From Minisyncoccia bacterium (GTDB lineage Bacteria; Patescibacteriota; Minisyncoccia; Phycocordibacterales; DATGWK01), in the NCBI GenBank assembly GCA_038259265.1, contig JBBSOY010000003.1, forward strand, positions 1 through 55,853: 55,853 nt of DNA. Direction: 5' to 3'. Below the pieces are notes generated by a model, which saw only the letters and a program-made list of their open reading frames with translations, had not been told where the DNA came from and did not search any database. A program made the position numbers and the translations under genes. Shown here piece by piece: positions 55,427 to 55,853 of this stretch; position 1 is the stretch's first letter, and each line of letters opens with the position of its first letter.

Positions 55427-55853
55427 TTAAACTCTTACTTTTCTTCGAACCGACACAAACATGAGCGCGAGCAAAACAAGGAGCACAAGAATCGCCCAGA
55501 ACACATCACACATACCGAATGCGAACCCTTCGAAATTCAAACCATTACTCATCACCAAATTCGGCACGGTCGCAATAAGCACACCAGCTGCCGATGCAAG
55601 TCCTTGGTTTTTATAATCAAGAATCGCAAGTGCAAACTGATACGTACCCGGGCGTTCGAAGGCGCCGATGTGTGCCTGATACGCAGTTTTGTCGGCATTC
55701 ACTCGAAGCAAAAACGAGAACGTTTTTGAAGTGTCTGCAGGGTCGTACATGGTGACTGCGATTGTTTTCAGAATCTCCGGCATTTTTTCGTAGTCGATCG
55801 AAATGGTGAGGTTTCGATCGCCACGAATGTCGACACGGCCATCAACAACCGGA
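55427..55853 (-). CDS. hypothetical protein with C-terminal TM anchor, 5' end outside the window
   Basis: The frame stays open to the window edge (PVVDGRVDIRGDRNLTISIDYEKMPEIL...) and ends in a TM helix plus RRKVRV. Confidence 0.75.
   Translation of the reverse strand, partial: PVVDGRVDIRGDRNLTISIDYEKMPEILKTIAVTMYDPADTSKTFSFLLRVNADKTAYQAHIGAFERPGTYQFALAILDYKNQGLASAAGVLIATVPNLVMSNGLNFEGFAFGMCDVFWAILVLLVLLALMFVSVRRKVRV

Overview
This looks like a core-chromosome segment of a reduced-genome bacterium, most consistent with Patescibacteria/CPR (Parcubacteria-like). The support is a short IF2, a ValRS without its C-terminal coiled coil, an array of VirB2/TrbC-like pilins, dispersed tRNAs, large surface proteins and standard genetic code 11. 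Housekeeping genes are clpB, infB, rbfA, gyrA, rpsA, pth, lepB, rpsU, ybeY, ftsA, ftsZ, trxB, mscL, a glutaredoxin, an Hsp20, a PrsW-family protease, valS, tsaD, lepA and murJ. There are 11 tRNAs and RNase P RNA. I found no CRISPR array, integrase, transposase or prophage. The most notable signals are: (1) a co-oriented methyltransferase, orphan solute-binding protein and seven VirB2-like pilins, whose cores are homogenised at the DNA level (196 bp with 2 mismatches; 83 bp identical) while the ends differ, with one copy broken by an in-frame TAA; (2) a dispersed hairpin element downstream of gyrA and ftsZ, showing compensatory base changes, a GGA/GGA internal loop and a GC-GNA-GC mini-hairpin, plus a related larger element after lepA; (3) several apparent pseudo-enzymes, namely an HtrA-like protein next to clpB, a HisRS-like protein and two degenerate intramolecular chaperone domains in a 1952-aa fibre protein; (4) self-contained accessory gene units with near-consensus promoters. 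All family assignments come from recognising motifs by eye; no database search was run.
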